64,000 bases of DNA from an uncultured virus (IMG/VR IMGVR_UViG_3300042559_001930) (lineage: Duplodnaviria; Heunggongvirae; Uroviricota; Caudoviricetes): IMG/VR virus record IMGVR_UViG_3300042559_001930; one strand, given 5' to 3'. The translations under genes were made by a program, and so were the position numbers. Position 1 is the first letter of the stretch. Each line of letters opens with the position of its first letter. The notes beneath the pieces were generated by a model that was not told where the DNA came from, ran no database searches, and saw nothing but the letters and a program-made list of their open reading frames with translations. Shown here in pieces: positions 17,062-26,912 of the stretch.

Positions 17062-18149
17062 CCTGTGTTGTTACCGTCGCACTCCCAACGACGCAGCCAA
17101 TTTTTACGGCTGTATTTTACATCTTTGCCACGCGCAGCAGAGTTACTGACGTACCCTCCATTCACCATATTTGCCTCACCATTTGGATCGTTGTGCACAA
17201 AGTAATCAGCTGCAAAACCAACGCAACAGGTCCAGTGCCCGCCACCAGCAGGATAGTTTACATTGCCCTGATGCAACCAGCCAACAGCCACTGGCTTTCC
17301 GTTGCGAATTTCATTTTCTAGTAATGCGGCATTACCGTTTGTAATAAAAGTCGCTTTAAGTCCCAAGGATCGCAGAGCTGCTAGCTGAGCGTCTTTATCC
17401 GTAGTGTCTCCGTACTTAGCGCGAATTTTATTGTACTCATCATCAGATTTGACTTTGCCGTAGTAAGCCGAAATCATTGCGCAACTCGACGAAAAACATT
17501 CGCGGTATCCTGTACCAGATTGGTTGTCAAGCTGATAAAAATAAGGCACGGACAAAGTTTTAGACGTTGTCGCATCTGCTGTACTGCCACCTGGTGCACC
17601 AAGTTGCTTATCCATGATCTGGATTAATTTTGTTGCATAGCCGGGATCTGTAGCGTAACCTTCGGCAACCAATAAATTGGCGCAATTATTCCTGCTTGTG
17701 GCCCGATTAACACCTTTGTATGTACCGTAGTCTTTGTACCACCGATCAACTAAGTAGCAAGTGCAGGTGTAAAGATCTGGAAAGTCAATAAACCCAGCTT
17801 TAATTGTTACCCATTGACCGTTAATAAATTCCTGAGTATTAACTGTTGTACCAGATCCTTTAAGGCCGTAGTAGTTATACGTGCCCGAAGTATCTTTGCC
17901 CCAGTTTGACTCCAGGGCCCATTGGGCAGCTACACATTCCGGATATTTTGCGCCTGCTTCCTTTGCGGCAGCAAGAACACCTTCCCATGTATTTGCATAT
18001 TTAACAGGTGCCGTTGGCGAAGTCCGGTATTTGATTGCAAATTTTTCTAAAATTTCAGAATCAATTTGTGTTTGCAGCCAGTTCCAAGAGTCAATCTGAT
18101 GTTGCTCTTTTTTGAAATATTCAGCTGCCTCCGTTAATTTGATTGACAT
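17037..18149 (-). CDS. Modular endolysin: helical N-domain, GH73 glucosaminidase and C39-like peptidase
   Basis: AAQWALESNWG, NYYGLKG, GYATDPGY; VPYFYQLDN...CFSSSCAM...GGHW...NDP. Confidence 0.85.
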   Translation of the reverse strand: MSIKLTEAAEYFKKEQHQIDSWNWLQTQIDSEILEKFAIKYRTSPTAPVKYANTWEGVLAAAKEAGAKYPECVAAQWALESNWGKDTSGTYNYYGLKGSGTTVNTQEFINGQWVTIKAGFIDFPDLYTCTCYLVDRWYKDYGTYKGVNRATSRNNCANLLVAEGYATDPGYATKLIQIMDKQLGAPGGSTADATTSKTLSVPYFYQLDNQSGTGYRECFSSSCAMISAYYGKVKSDDEYNKIRAKYGDTTDKDAQLAALRSLGLKATFITNGNAALLENEIRNGKPVAVGWLHQGNVNYPAGGGHWTCCVGFAADYFVHNDPNGEANMVNGGYVSNSAARGKDVKYSRKNWLRRWECDGNNTGWAIIVSK

Positions 18150-18813
18150 TTTCTAACACTTTTTTAAAATCTCCTTTATACACTTTAGGTCCAATGTGCA
18201 TACAAGTAGATGCAGTGCTAACCCAAATCTCGTAACCAAGTCTTTTAATTTTATTGCACAAATACACGTCTTCTCCCATAAAATTCTCATTCATAAAATC
18301 GTATTGACAAATGTTGTACAACGCATTTCCCCGAAACATTGTCTGGTTACTGTTGTTAGCAAGATCTTTTAATACTTTTTTGCTTAACTTCAAACAACTA
18401 GTGCTTACCCAATCGACAGTCAAATACCCATCTTTGATTTCAAAATTTTCTTTTGGTTTAATATCGTAACTTTCAATGTCAGTTTTTTTAACCGTTGGGA
18501 TTGCAACAACGTCAAAAGTATCTGTGACAACTGAGATAAAAGCCTGTGGATCGCAATAAACATCTGAATCAATAAAAACGAGAGAGTCAAAATCTCCTTC
18601 AATAGCCGCCGTTAAAATTTGGTTGCGAGCCATTGGTAAAATGCTTTCATACGACAGCAAAATAATATTTACATCAATGTTGTTTAACAAACTTTGTTTG
18701 CCAATTTCATGTAGAGCGTACGAGTACCAGGCATCAACTCGTCCGTCTAATGCCGGAGTACCAATTAAAACACGTCTTGGTTTGTTTTTATTTTTTTGAG
18801 TAACTGCTGCCAT
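18121..18813 (-). CDS. GT-A fold glycosyltransferase-like protein
   Basis: LIGTP, ARN, FIDSD (DxD), GEDVYLC, CMHIG; start may be 18840. Confidence 0.75.
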   Translation of the reverse strand: MAAVTQKNKNKPRRVLIGTPALDGRVDAWYSYALHEIGKQSLLNNIDVNIILLSYESILPMARNQILTAAIEGDFDSLVFIDSDVYCDPQAFISVVTDTFDVVAIPTVKKTDIESYDIKPKENFEIKDGYLTVDWVSTSCLKLSKKVLKDLANNSNQTMFRGNALYNICQYDFMNENFMGEDVYLCNKIKRLGYEIWVSTASTCMHIGPKVYKGDFKKVLENVNQINGGS

Positions 18814-19691
18814 TGGGATAATCTTTTTTGCCATGTCCAATTCTTGTTGTAAAACGTTGTCTGTTCCGTAAGTATAGCTTGGTTTCCAGGGTACCAGTAA
18901 TTGTCGATCACTCTGCTCAGTACCTTGGCATAATTATGAGCAAGCCTTTCGTGGTTGTTGTCATAAGTTACAAATTCAGCGTATTCACCACACGTTTCAA
19001 ATAAAGCACCATAGTTTGTTACGACTGCTTGACAACCAGCGCACATTGCTTCAATTGCTGAAATACAAGAAGTCTCTTCAAAAACACTTGGATACGCAAA
19101 AATATGCGCATCTTGCAAAGCGGCGCGGATTTTGTCATTTGAAGCATAACCCATGACATTAATCCCAGGCGTATTGCGTAAATTTTCAAATAAAGAATCA
19201 AACTTTCCTTCTACAGATTTTGCAAAAGCTGGGCCATAAATAGTTGTAGATGAATAAACATCTAGTTCAATATCGTTCCGATTTAATATTTGAAAAGCAC
19301 GTAGCAATACATGCAACCCTCGCCATGGAGTAGACGTGTAGATAAGCTTTAGCTTTTCCTTTGGTTTTGGCTTTACCTCAAAAGAAGTGGTTGCATTTTT
19401 GATTACAGTAGATTTCCAAGGCGGCGTATTTAATTTTTCTCTAAATTTTTCATAGCACCAGTGGGAGTCATAAATGAAACAATCAATGGCGTCTACAAAA
19501 GAAGGGCTCCGCATTCCCTGCACATTTTCCTGGTCATAGCTTAACTCTTGTAATAAAATATTCTTTTTGCCAGGTACAATTAATTCAGGCTTGCAAACAG
19601 ATACAATCAAGTTGATTCCAGTGAAATCCAGGTTCTGCCTAAGTGTTTCGACCAGGATTTCTGTTCCGCCTTTAGGTTGCTTAGGTGTCAC
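18765..19691 (-). CDS. Glycosyltransferase family 4 (GT-B)
   Basis: GGTE, YTSTPWRGL, YPSVFEETSCISAIEA; GTG start at 19691 overlaps the upstream gene. Confidence 0.8.
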   Translation of the reverse strand: MTPKQPKGGTEILVETLRQNLDFTGINLIVSVCKPELIVPGKKNILLQELSYDQENVQGMRSPSFVDAIDCFIYDSHWCYEKFREKLNTPPWKSTVIKNATTSFEVKPKPKEKLKLIYTSTPWRGLHVLLRAFQILNRNDIELDVYSSTTIYGPAFAKSVEGKFDSLFENLRNTPGINVMGYASNDKIRAALQDAHIFAYPSVFEETSCISAIEAMCAGCQAVVTNYGALFETCGEYAEFVTYDNNHERLAHNYAKVLSRVIDNYWYPGNQAILTEQTTFYNKNWTWQKRLSQWQQLLKKIKTNQDVF

Positions 19692-20286
19692 ACTCGAACA
19701 GGAAATCAACCTGTAGTAATTGATTGCTTTGATCATAAAGCACATCAATAACATCGCGTAAGTTATAGCCTTTTTTATTAAGGTATGAAATCACTTCTCC
19801 AGCCAGGGGTGCCCCTTGATTGTATTGCTGTACTGATGTTTCAAGAAGTAAATAAGTAGGCTTGGTCTCGGCCAAGTATTTTTTACCTCCTTTTAAAATA
19901 TCAAGCTCGGCTCCTTGTACATCAAGTTTAATTAAATCAAACGAAGGGAAATGCAAATCATCTAATGCATAACACCATTTTTTAATCACCAAGGGTTCTT
20001 GGTAATGAATCGTATTTTCTTTATAGATAGAACTGCCAGTTGTACAACAATTTTCTGGCAGTGTGTAAAAATCTACCTGCTTAGTTTTACGCCCAAGCAG
20101 ATAAAAATCTGTGTCAAATGTTTCAAGAAATGAAGCCTGCCTTTCGTCGCCTTCAATGCATTTAATTTTTGCAGTAGGAAAAACTTCTTGGATTACCCGC
20201 GCGAAATCACCCCTATACGCTCCAACATCTAAAACATTCTTTATCGGACGCTTTAAATGCTGGAGCCTCTGCTTAAATCGATTCAC
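19681..20286 (-). CDS. FkbM-family SAM methyltransferase
   Basis: LDVGAYRG, LIKLDVQGAELDILKG, QVDFLF. Confidence 0.85.
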   Translation of the reverse strand: MNRFKQRLQHLKRPIKNVLDVGAYRGDFARVIQEVFPTAKIKCIEGDERQASFLETFDTDFYLLGRKTKQVDFYTLPENCCTTGSSIYKENTIHYQEPLVIKKWCYALDDLHFPSFDLIKLDVQGAELDILKGGKKYLAETKPTYLLLETSVQQYNQGAPLAGEVISYLNKKGYNLRDVIDVLYDQSNQLLQVDFLFECDT

Positions 20287-20296
20287 CGTAAATACT

Positions 20297-20608
20297 TCAG
20301 CTCAGCGAAGTAATGTCAAAATCAGTAACTTTATTTTCGGTGGGCGCACTGGTCATGCTGCCGTAAAAACTATCAAACACCATATCCAAATGTACGGTAT
20401 TGCAAAGGCCCAGCAACTCAGCTTTTGTAAAATCGCTAGGCTCTTTATCTAAATACTCAACATCAACCTCGCGGCTAAAATCTTTAGTTAAACCACCACA
20501 AGAATAAACAACAGTTAAATCCCATTTTTTAACTTTACCGTTGGTTTTAACAGTGGGGATTGCTTTAGAAAGAGCCTTGGTTGCCCCAATCGCATTAATA
20601 AAAGCCAT
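20297..20608 (-). CDS. Hypothetical protein (fibre-associated)
   Basis: Clean ORF downstream of the fibre; TGTTATAAT upstream. Confidence 0.6.
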   Translation of the reverse strand: MAFINAIGATKALSKAIPTVKTNGKVKKWDLTVVYSCGGLTKDFSREVDVEYLDKEPSDFTKAELLGLCNTVHLDMVFDSFYGSMTSAPTENKVTDFDITSLS

Positions 20609-20650
20609 TGCGAAAAAACTTACTAAATGTATTATAACAGTTTTTTTGTT

Positions 20651-23600
20651 TTACTTTATGTTGTTTTCTAAGAACGCAACACGTTCGGAAAGTTCTTGCA
20701 CGGCCTTGACCAGGATTGGATACGTTTTCATGGGATCAGCCTCCCAGATTTCTGGATTGTCTTTGTGAACAAGCCGTGTATATTCCCTGCAATCAAAAGT
20801 TTCTTCAACTTGATCCAGCTCCTGGGCAATAAAACCAAAGTCTTTTCTTCCTTTTCTTGACCCATCTCTAGTAGCCCAATCAAATTGAACAGGGCGAAGC
20901 GCTTGGATAAACGTTACACCATAAGGCAGGTCTTTAATATTTGTTTTATCACGCCGATCAGACAATGTAGAAATTGTTGTGTCAGCACAACGCAAGTTGA
21001 CAATATCTGCGTTTCCAAGGGTAAATTCACCCGTAACAGTTGCCGCAGAAGCCTGAGCGTTATTTCCTAAACATGTGTTGTTTACACCGGTTGTAAGTGT
21101 GTTACCCGCCAGGCTCCCAACCGCCGTATTTCCAGAAGCAATAGTGTTAGAGCCAAGAGCATCAGAGCCGATGGCAACGTTGCTAATGCCTGTTGTATTA
21201 ACATCAAGGGCCGCGTTACCAATTGCGACATTATTTGTACCAACAGTATTGGCTCCCAATGCATTGACGCCAATACCAATGTTTTGTATGCCTGTTGTAT
21301 TGGCATCAACTGCACTATTACCAAGTGCAATATTGTTGACTCCAATTGTATTGACAAGAAGTGCAGATGGACCAATGCCAATATTACTGCCACCAGTGGT
21401 CACGCCACTAAGCGCATTAGTGCCAATCGCAATATTGTTAATAGCAGTGGTAGCAGTAAATAATGCGCTCTTGCCAATTGCAATATTATCAGTACCGGAT
21501 GAATTAGTGTTTAAAGCCTCAGCGCCTATGGCAATATTATTACTTCCGGTGGTGTTCGAGTCGAGGGTTGTATTGCCTAAGGCAACATTACCACTTCCAA
21601 TAGTATTAGCAAGCAATGTATTATTGCCAAGTGCAATATTATTATTTCCCGTTGTATTAGCACCCAAGGCATTAAGGCCAATGCCAATATTGTTAATGCC
21701 AATGGTATTTGCATCAACTGCACTACTGCCAATCGCAATATTGTTGGTGCCTGTAGTATTGCCAAGTAGTGCGTTACTTCCAATACCTACGTTACCGCTA
21801 CCAATTGAGTTAGCGCCTAAAGCAGAAAATCCAATTCCAATATTAGCGGTACCTGTACTGTTTGCGTCTAAGACAGCCGTGCCGATAGCGATATTGTTAA
21901 CGCCTGTTGTATTAACAAGTAACGCATTTCTTCCAATTCCAATGTTGTCACTAGCAACTGTATTGGCGCTTAACGCATTAAATCCAATAGCAATGTTACT
22001 GGCACCGGTCGTATTAACATTTAACGAGCTGTTTCCAATGGCAACGTTAGTGTTAGCAGTGGTATTTGTTCCAAGGGCATTAGCGCCAATGGCAATATTT
22101 CCGCTACCGATAGTATTACTGGTAAGCGCATTAACGCCCACACCAATATTAAAGTTGCCTGTTGTATTGTCATCTAAAACAAAAGAGCCAATAGCAATGT
22201 TGCCACTGCCTATGGTATTAGCGAACAAACTAGTATGACCAACTGCCGTATTATCATTTGCAGTAGTACTAGTCGTTAAAACCTGGTCGCCTATTCCTAT
22301 ATTTCTAGAGCCTGTCGTATTAAAATACACCGACTCTGTACCGAGGGCAATATTGGATATTCCAGTTGTATTGTTGTTAAGAGCAAAATAGCCAATTGCT
22401 GTATTCCTGCCACTTAGCGCATAAGTTAATGCATACGAACCTATGGCAAGGTTCTTATCTACTGTAACAGAACTTGCTATAGCACCATTACCAATTGCAA
22501 GATTGCCAGCTCCCTCTGTATTGCTAGAGAGGGTATTATGACCAATGGCTATATTTTCAATACCAGTTGAATTATTGACTAACGAACTGTTTCCAATTGC
22601 AATAAGGAATGACGCCGCGTTAAAAGTTAAACTATTGTACCCAATTCCAATTACATCTGTTGTTTGTGTAATACCGCCTACTATGGCACTACATCCAATA
22701 CCAGTATTTCTAGAGCCTGTCGTAATACCGTAACCAGCACTAAGGCCAATTGCAATATTATCAGAGCCCGTAGTATTAAAGTAAAGGGCGTTTGTACCAA
22801 TAGCGGTTATACCAGCTGCTGATGTAGAACTGTAAGCTGCATTAAAACCAATTGCAGTTATAGGACCGCCTGTTGTATGGTTTTCTCCTGCAGTATGTCC
22901 AACCGCAACACTGCCCGCATCAAGTGCATATTTTAAAGCAGCGTGTCCTACTCCAACGTTATAAGCGGTGCCTGCTGCCGCCAACTCCATGGCTAGATGG
23001 CCAACTGCAACACTTTGATAAGACTCTGTTGCGCTTGCAAGGGCGCGATATCCAATAGCGACGTTACCGTCTCCGGTGGTATTTGCGCTAAGTGTTTCGT
23101 GCCCAACTGCAACATTAAAAGAGCCGGATGTACAGCCACTTAAACTACTAATACCAACACCAACACTAGAAGAGCCTGTCGTAATTGCATTTCCAGCGTT
23201 TAATCCAAAAAACACATTATTGGGATTTGTGTTTTTAAAGTTTTGACCTGTAATTGTAGTAAATGTACCGGTTGTAAAAGATGCCGTAGTGCCTTGAGTA
23301 GTGGTCCCAGTTAAAGAAGTAAATGTACCTGTAGTACCTACTACAGTTAAACCGCTGACACGAGTAGAAAATGTGCCAGTAGTAAAGTTTGCGTTTGTAC
23401 CTGTTGTTGTAATACCAGTTAAAGCAGTAAATGTGCCCGTAGTGCCAACTACGGTTAAACCACTGACGCGGGTAGAAAACGTACCTGTTGTGAAGTTTGC
23501 GTTTGTACCTGTTGTTGTGGTTCCGGTTAAAGCAGTAAATGTGCCCGTAGTGCCAACTACGGTTAAACCACTGACGCGGGTAGAAAACGTACCTGTTGTG

Positions 23601-24940
23601 AAGTTTGCGTTTGTACCTGTTGTTGTGGTTCCGGTTAAGGAAGTAAATGTGCCAGTCGTACCTACTACAGTTAAACCACTGACGCGAGTGGAGAATGTAC
23701 CAGTAGTAAAGTTTGCGTTTGTACCTGTTGTTGTAGTACCAGTTAAAGCAGTAAATGTACCTGTGGTACCAAGAACGGTTGTACCGCTTACTTGAGCATC
23801 AAAAGTTCCAGATACACCATTAATATTGCTTCCAAGAATTGTATTTCCGGTAATAGTAGCGCCCGAAAGCTGCGTTGTAAAATTACCGCTTACAAAATTA
23901 GCAGTAATTCCCGTTACGGTTATTCCAGTAACCGTGGTAAATCCTGCGGTGTTACCCGTAATTGCTGCACCAGAAATTTGAGTTGTGAAATTACCGCTTA
24001 CAAAATTGGCAGTAGTTCCTGTTGTTGTAGTCCCTGTTAAAGAAGTGAATGTGCCAGTTGCAAAATTTGCTGTACTGCCTTGAGCGGTAGTTCCTGTTAA
24101 AGAAGTAAATGTACCAGTAGTAAAAGATGCTGTAGTGCCTTGAGTAGTAGTCCCCGTTAAAGAAGTAAATGTACCAGTCGTACCAACTACGGTTAAACCG
24201 CTGACACTGGTAGAAAATGTACCTGTTGTGAAGTTTGCGTTTGTACCTGTTGTCGTAGTCCCCGTTAAAGAAACAAAATTACCGGTTGCAAAATTTGCCG
24301 TAATACCTGTAACGGTTACTCCCGTAATTGTTGTAAAGCCTGCGGTGTTGCCTGTTAAAGTACTGAATTCACCGGCATCACCTGTTATAGTTGCGCCCGA
24401 AAGCCGTGTTGTAAAGTTGCCAGATGCTGCATTAACAGTTATGCCTGTAATGGTAACGCCAGTTACTGTGGTAAAACCTGCGGTATCGCCAGTTATAACT
24501 GCGCCCGAAAGCCGTGTTGCAAAGTTACCAGATACCGCATTAACCGTAGTACCCGTAACGGTTGTTCCTGTAATTGTTGTGAAACCTGCGGTGTTGCCTG
24601 TTAGCGTGTCAAATACACCAGCATTGCCAGTTACAGTTGCACCTGAAAGCCGCGCAGTAAAAACACCGGACTGTGCATTAATAGTTGTACCTGTAACGGT
24701 TGTGCCAGTTATTGTTGTGAAACCTGCGGTGTTTCCTGTTAACGTGCCAAATGCACCGGCGTTGCCAGTAACCAAAGCACCAGAAACAGTTGTAGTGCCA
24801 ACAACAACAGCACCTTGAATCGTGCCGGTAACGGTAATATTACCAGAAATATTTGTGACAATACCGGAAACGGTGATTGTCTTGTCAACACCACTACTGG
24901 TAAATGTGATGTTATCAACCTTAAGAGTTCCGTATGCCAT
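20651..24940 (-). CDS. Long tail fibre with Thr/Gly repeats, NxAIG repeats and a C-terminal S74 intramolecular chaperone
   Basis: MAYGTLKVDNI N-terminus; 36-aa Thr/Gly repeats; ~28-aa N(I/T)AIG repeats; SDRRDKTNI...GFIAQE...LVKAVQEL. Confidence 0.9.
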   Translation of the reverse strand: MAYGTLKVDNITFTSSGVDKTITVSGIVTNISGNITVTGTIQGAVVVGTTTVSGALVTGNAGAFGTLTGNTAGFTTITGTTVTGTTINAQSGVFTARLSGATVTGNAGVFDTLTGNTAGFTTITGTTVTGTTVNAVSGNFATRLSGAVITGDTAGFTTVTGVTITGITVNAASGNFTTRLSGATITGDAGEFSTLTGNTAGFTTITGVTVTGITANFATGNFVSLTGTTTTGTNANFTTGTFSTSVSGLTVVGTTGTFTSLTGTTTQGTTASFTTGTFTSLTGTTAQGSTANFATGTFTSLTGTTTTGTTANFVSGNFTTQISGAAITGNTAGFTTVTGITVTGITANFVSGNFTTQLSGATITGNTILGSNINGVSGTFDAQVSGTTVLGTTGTFTALTGTTTTGTNANFTTGTFSTRVSGLTVVGTTGTFTSLTGTTTTGTNANFTTGTFSTRVSGLTVVGTTGTFTALTGTTTTGTNANFTTGTFSTRVSGLTVVGTTGTFTALTGITTTGTNANFTTGTFSTRVSGLTVVGTTGTFTSLTGTTTQGTTASFTTGTFTTITGQNFKNTNPNNVFFGLNAGNAITTGSSSVGVGISSLSGCTSGSFNVAVGHETLSANTTGDGNVAIGYRALASATESYQSVAVGHLAMELAAAGTAYNVGVGHAALKYALDAGSVAVGHTAGENHTTGGPITAIGFNAAYSSTSAAGITAIGTNALYFNTTGSDNIAIGLSAGYGITTGSRNTGIGCSAIVGGITQTTDVIGIGYNSLTFNAASFLIAIGNSSLVNNSTGIENIAIGHNTLSSNTEGAGNLAIGNGAIASSVTVDKNLAIGSYALTYALSGRNTAIGYFALNNNTTGISNIALGTESVYFNTTGSRNIGIGDQVLTTSTTANDNTAVGHTSLFANTIGSGNIAIGSFVLDDNTTGNFNIGVGVNALTSNTIGSGNIAIGANALGTNTTANTNVAIGNSSLNVNTTGASNIAIGFNALSANTVASDNIGIGRNALLVNTTGVNNIAIGTAVLDANSTGTANIGIGFSALGANSIGSGNVGIGSNALLGNTTGTNNIAIGSSAVDANTIGINNIGIGLNALGANTTGNNNIALGNNTLLANTIGSGNVALGNTTLDSNTTGSNNIAIGAEALNTNSSGTDNIAIGKSALFTATTAINNIAIGTNALSGVTTGGSNIGIGPSALLVNTIGVNNIALGNSAVDANTTGIQNIGIGVNALGANTVGTNNVAIGNAALDVNTTGISNVAIGSDALGSNTIASGNTAVGSLAGNTLTTGVNNTCLGNNAQASAATVTGEFTLGNADIVNLRCADTTISTLSDRRDKTNIKDLPYGVTFIQALRPVQFDWATRDGSRKGRKDFGFIAQELDQVEETFDCREYTRLVHKDNPEIWEADPMKTYPILVKAVQELSERVAFLENNIK
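23310..23760. repeat. 108-bp tandem repeat (about 4 copies) inside the tail fibre
   Basis: 23418-23525 and 23526-23633 appear identical; flanking copies are diverged. Confidence 0.85.
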
Positions 24941-24957
24941 TGTATTTCAGGATTTAT

Positions 24958-25260
24958 TTACCAAGAAGAAAGTCCGGTTCGCTTCCAAGTGTTTGTTGCA
25001 ATACAAACATAAATGTAATTTGCATCCCAGCAAATTTCTCCTTTTGTCCCAGGAGTTGTTGCAGTTGCAATTGTTTTTTCGGCGCCTATGCTCGCCTTGG
25101 CATAGTATTGATTTAAATAGTCCTTTAGTTGTACAAAGGTAATTTTTTTATTGCGTAAAGTTGGGTCCACTTCAAACACATGGACCAAAGTCAGTAAATC
25201 TTGCTCGTTAATGTCTAGTCCATTAATGGCAGGAAGCTCTGTAATGCGTCTATTCGCCAC
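24958..25260 (-). CDS. Short tail/fibre-associated protein
   Basis: RRITELP...NKKITF N-terminus; GTKGEICWDANYIYVCIATNTWKR C-terminus; GTG start. Confidence 0.7.
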   Translation of the reverse strand: MANRRITELPAINGLDINEQDLLTLVHVFEVDPTLRNKKITFVQLKDYLNQYYAKASIGAEKTIATATTPGTKGEICWDANYIYVCIATNTWKRTGLSSW

Positions 25261-25303
25261 CCATTTTTACCGCAATTCCTCATTTAATTATAAGTTGCTT
25301 TAT

Positions 25304-25609
25304 TCAACGCACTTTAATCTCAACGCGAGGCAAAACATTACTTGCAATGTTCCAGGACCACTGGACACCGGTAACAATTCCACAAGCAAGCAAAAGCGTT
25401 AATAGAATTTCAGCAACAGTTAAATTGCGTTTTACATAAACAATTTGAGGTAATTGTTGTTGATCCTGCATGGCGGCGCGTTGGGCAATGGTTTGTTGTA
25501 CAGCAAGCTCCCGGGCCCGTGCTTTCATTTCAGCAATCATCCCTGCTGTGATTTGACCTTCTACTGCCGGTTGACTTGGCACTTGGCTGGGGGGAATTTG
25601 ATCTTCCAT
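25304..25609 (-). CDS. Membrane protein with one C-terminal TM helix
   Basis: ILLTLLLACGIVTGV. Confidence 0.6.
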   Translation of the reverse strand: MEDQIPPSQVPSQPAVEGQITAGMIAEMKARARELAVQQTIAQRAAMQDQQQLPQIVYVKRNLTVAEILLTLLLACGIVTGVQWSWNIASNVLPRVEIKVR

Positions 25610-25661
25610 GATCGCAAATTATTTTCCTATAGATTAGCATTTAAACAGAAGATATGTTGGT

Positions 25662-26072
25662 ATGCAGTACGGACTACGTAAAAGCCTTGAAGACATTGCC
25701 AAAGAATTAAAGGGTATAAGAAATATCCTTGCATCTATGTGGCATGCACGCTATGCCAATGAAGAAACTGACATAGTCAATCCAGAGGCTTTTGCCGATG
25801 AGTACGTATCGACAGAAGAATGTGCCCAACGACTTGGGATCTCTGACCAAACCATTAGAAATTGGATTTCTTCCGGCAAAAAAAACCCAGGTAAAGGCTG
25901 GACTGAGGGCATCCACTATGTCAATGTCACTCCAGATCCTGCCAAAAAAGCGGTTATTCGAATTCCGTGGAATCAATTAGTAGCTTCATTTGCCAAAAAT
26001 AAAGAAGTTACTCAGCTTGATTTCAGAAGAACTGATATGTATACGCTTGTTGATCGGGGGCCGTTACCTTGA
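25662..26072 (+). CDS. Helix-turn-helix DNA-binding protein (excisionase/MerR-like)
   Basis: YVSTEECAQRLGISDQTIRNWI. Confidence 0.75.
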   Translation: MQYGLRKSLEDIAKELKGIRNILASMWHARYANEETDIVNPEAFADEYVSTEECAQRLGISDQTIRNWISSGKKNPGKGWTEGIHYVNVTPDPAKKAVIRIPWNQLVASFAKNKEVTQLDFRRTDMYTLVDRGPLP

Positions 26073-26539
26073 GAACACATCGTTTAGAGGGAGTTGACAT
26101 TGATTCCATCACCATTAAGAACCATGAAGCCTTGCTGCCTTCTTCTGTGGTGTTGCAAGTAAATGATTTTTTACCGCCCAGTGGCTCGTTTGATGATAAA
26201 TGCCTTAGGCGTTACCTGGAAATCATCAGGAACTACGAAGAGGAAGATGCCAATTCCAATATGACATTGGCAAATCGATTGCGTTTGGCATTCAAAAACA
26301 TGCAACCAGATACAATCTGTGGTAAATTTCCGTTAGCAGAATTGCCCCTTAAACGTCGCTTGCGTTGTGTAGCCGAATATTTGATTCGGTCAGGTGAATT
26401 TGATAAGCTAAGGGATGAAAGGGGCAAGCTTGTAAAAAAACGTGGAAACCTTGGTAAGCTTGTAGTCATCTATCAACCCTTACCAAAACTTCTTGATTCG
26501 TTAAACCGACAGCATTTATTAAATCATGAGCAGGCGTGA
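26069..26539 (+). CDS. Hypothetical protein (possible winged helix)
   Basis: Coupled operon member; RLRCVAEYLIRSGEF. Confidence 0.65.
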   Translation: MRTHRLEGVDIDSITIKNHEALLPSSVVLQVNDFLPPSGSFDDKCLRRYLEIIRNYEEEDANSNMTLANRLRLAFKNMQPDTICGKFPLAELPLKRRLRCVAEYLIRSGEFDKLRDERGKLVKKRGNLGKLVVIYQPLPKLLDSLNRQHLLNHEQA

Positions 26540-26912
26540 AAAATTAATTGCGGCAACCATTGGTCCTGATATGGATCAAACCAAGGCACGCATGCTGAAC
26601 GCAACAGTGCGGTTAATCCTTGGCGACATGGGACAACAGTATTGCCAATTCTGGGAGCATGAAGGCCCAGGCGTAATGGTGTTCCAGCCTGACAACAAAG
26701 AACGCTCCATGTTCTTTTGGACACTCAAAGAAATCCACAGTGCCCAAGAAGAGTGTGAGCAAGGTAATAATGGTGACCTTGCAGAAAGTTTTCGGCGTAT
26801 TCTTGAGGCCGCACAAAAAATTGATCCAACGGAAAAAGCTGGTTACGTAATTAATGATCAAGAAGGAATTCGGTATTTTGAAGTGGATTACAACAGTGTC
26901 TCGGAGGACTGA
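26526..26912 (+). CDS. Hypothetical protein
   Basis: Coupled operon member. Confidence 0.7.
   Translation: MSRREKLIAATIGPDMDQTKARMLNATVRLILGDMGQQYCQFWEHEGPGVMVFQPDNKERSMFFWTLKEIHSAQEECEQGNNGDLAESFRRILEAAQKIDPTEKAGYVINDQEGIRYFEVDYNSVSED

Noticed and set aside
23310..23760. Diversity-generating retroelement template/variable repeat pair
   Set aside because: The repeats are tandem and in frame, differences are not adenine-specific, and no reverse transcriptase is visible
21075..24818. Long + strand ORFs (387, 164 and 196 aa) opposite the tail fibre
   Set aside because: Antisense shadows of repetitive Thr/Gly/Asn/Ala codons; the Val/Pro/Leu-rich translations mirror the fibre repeats
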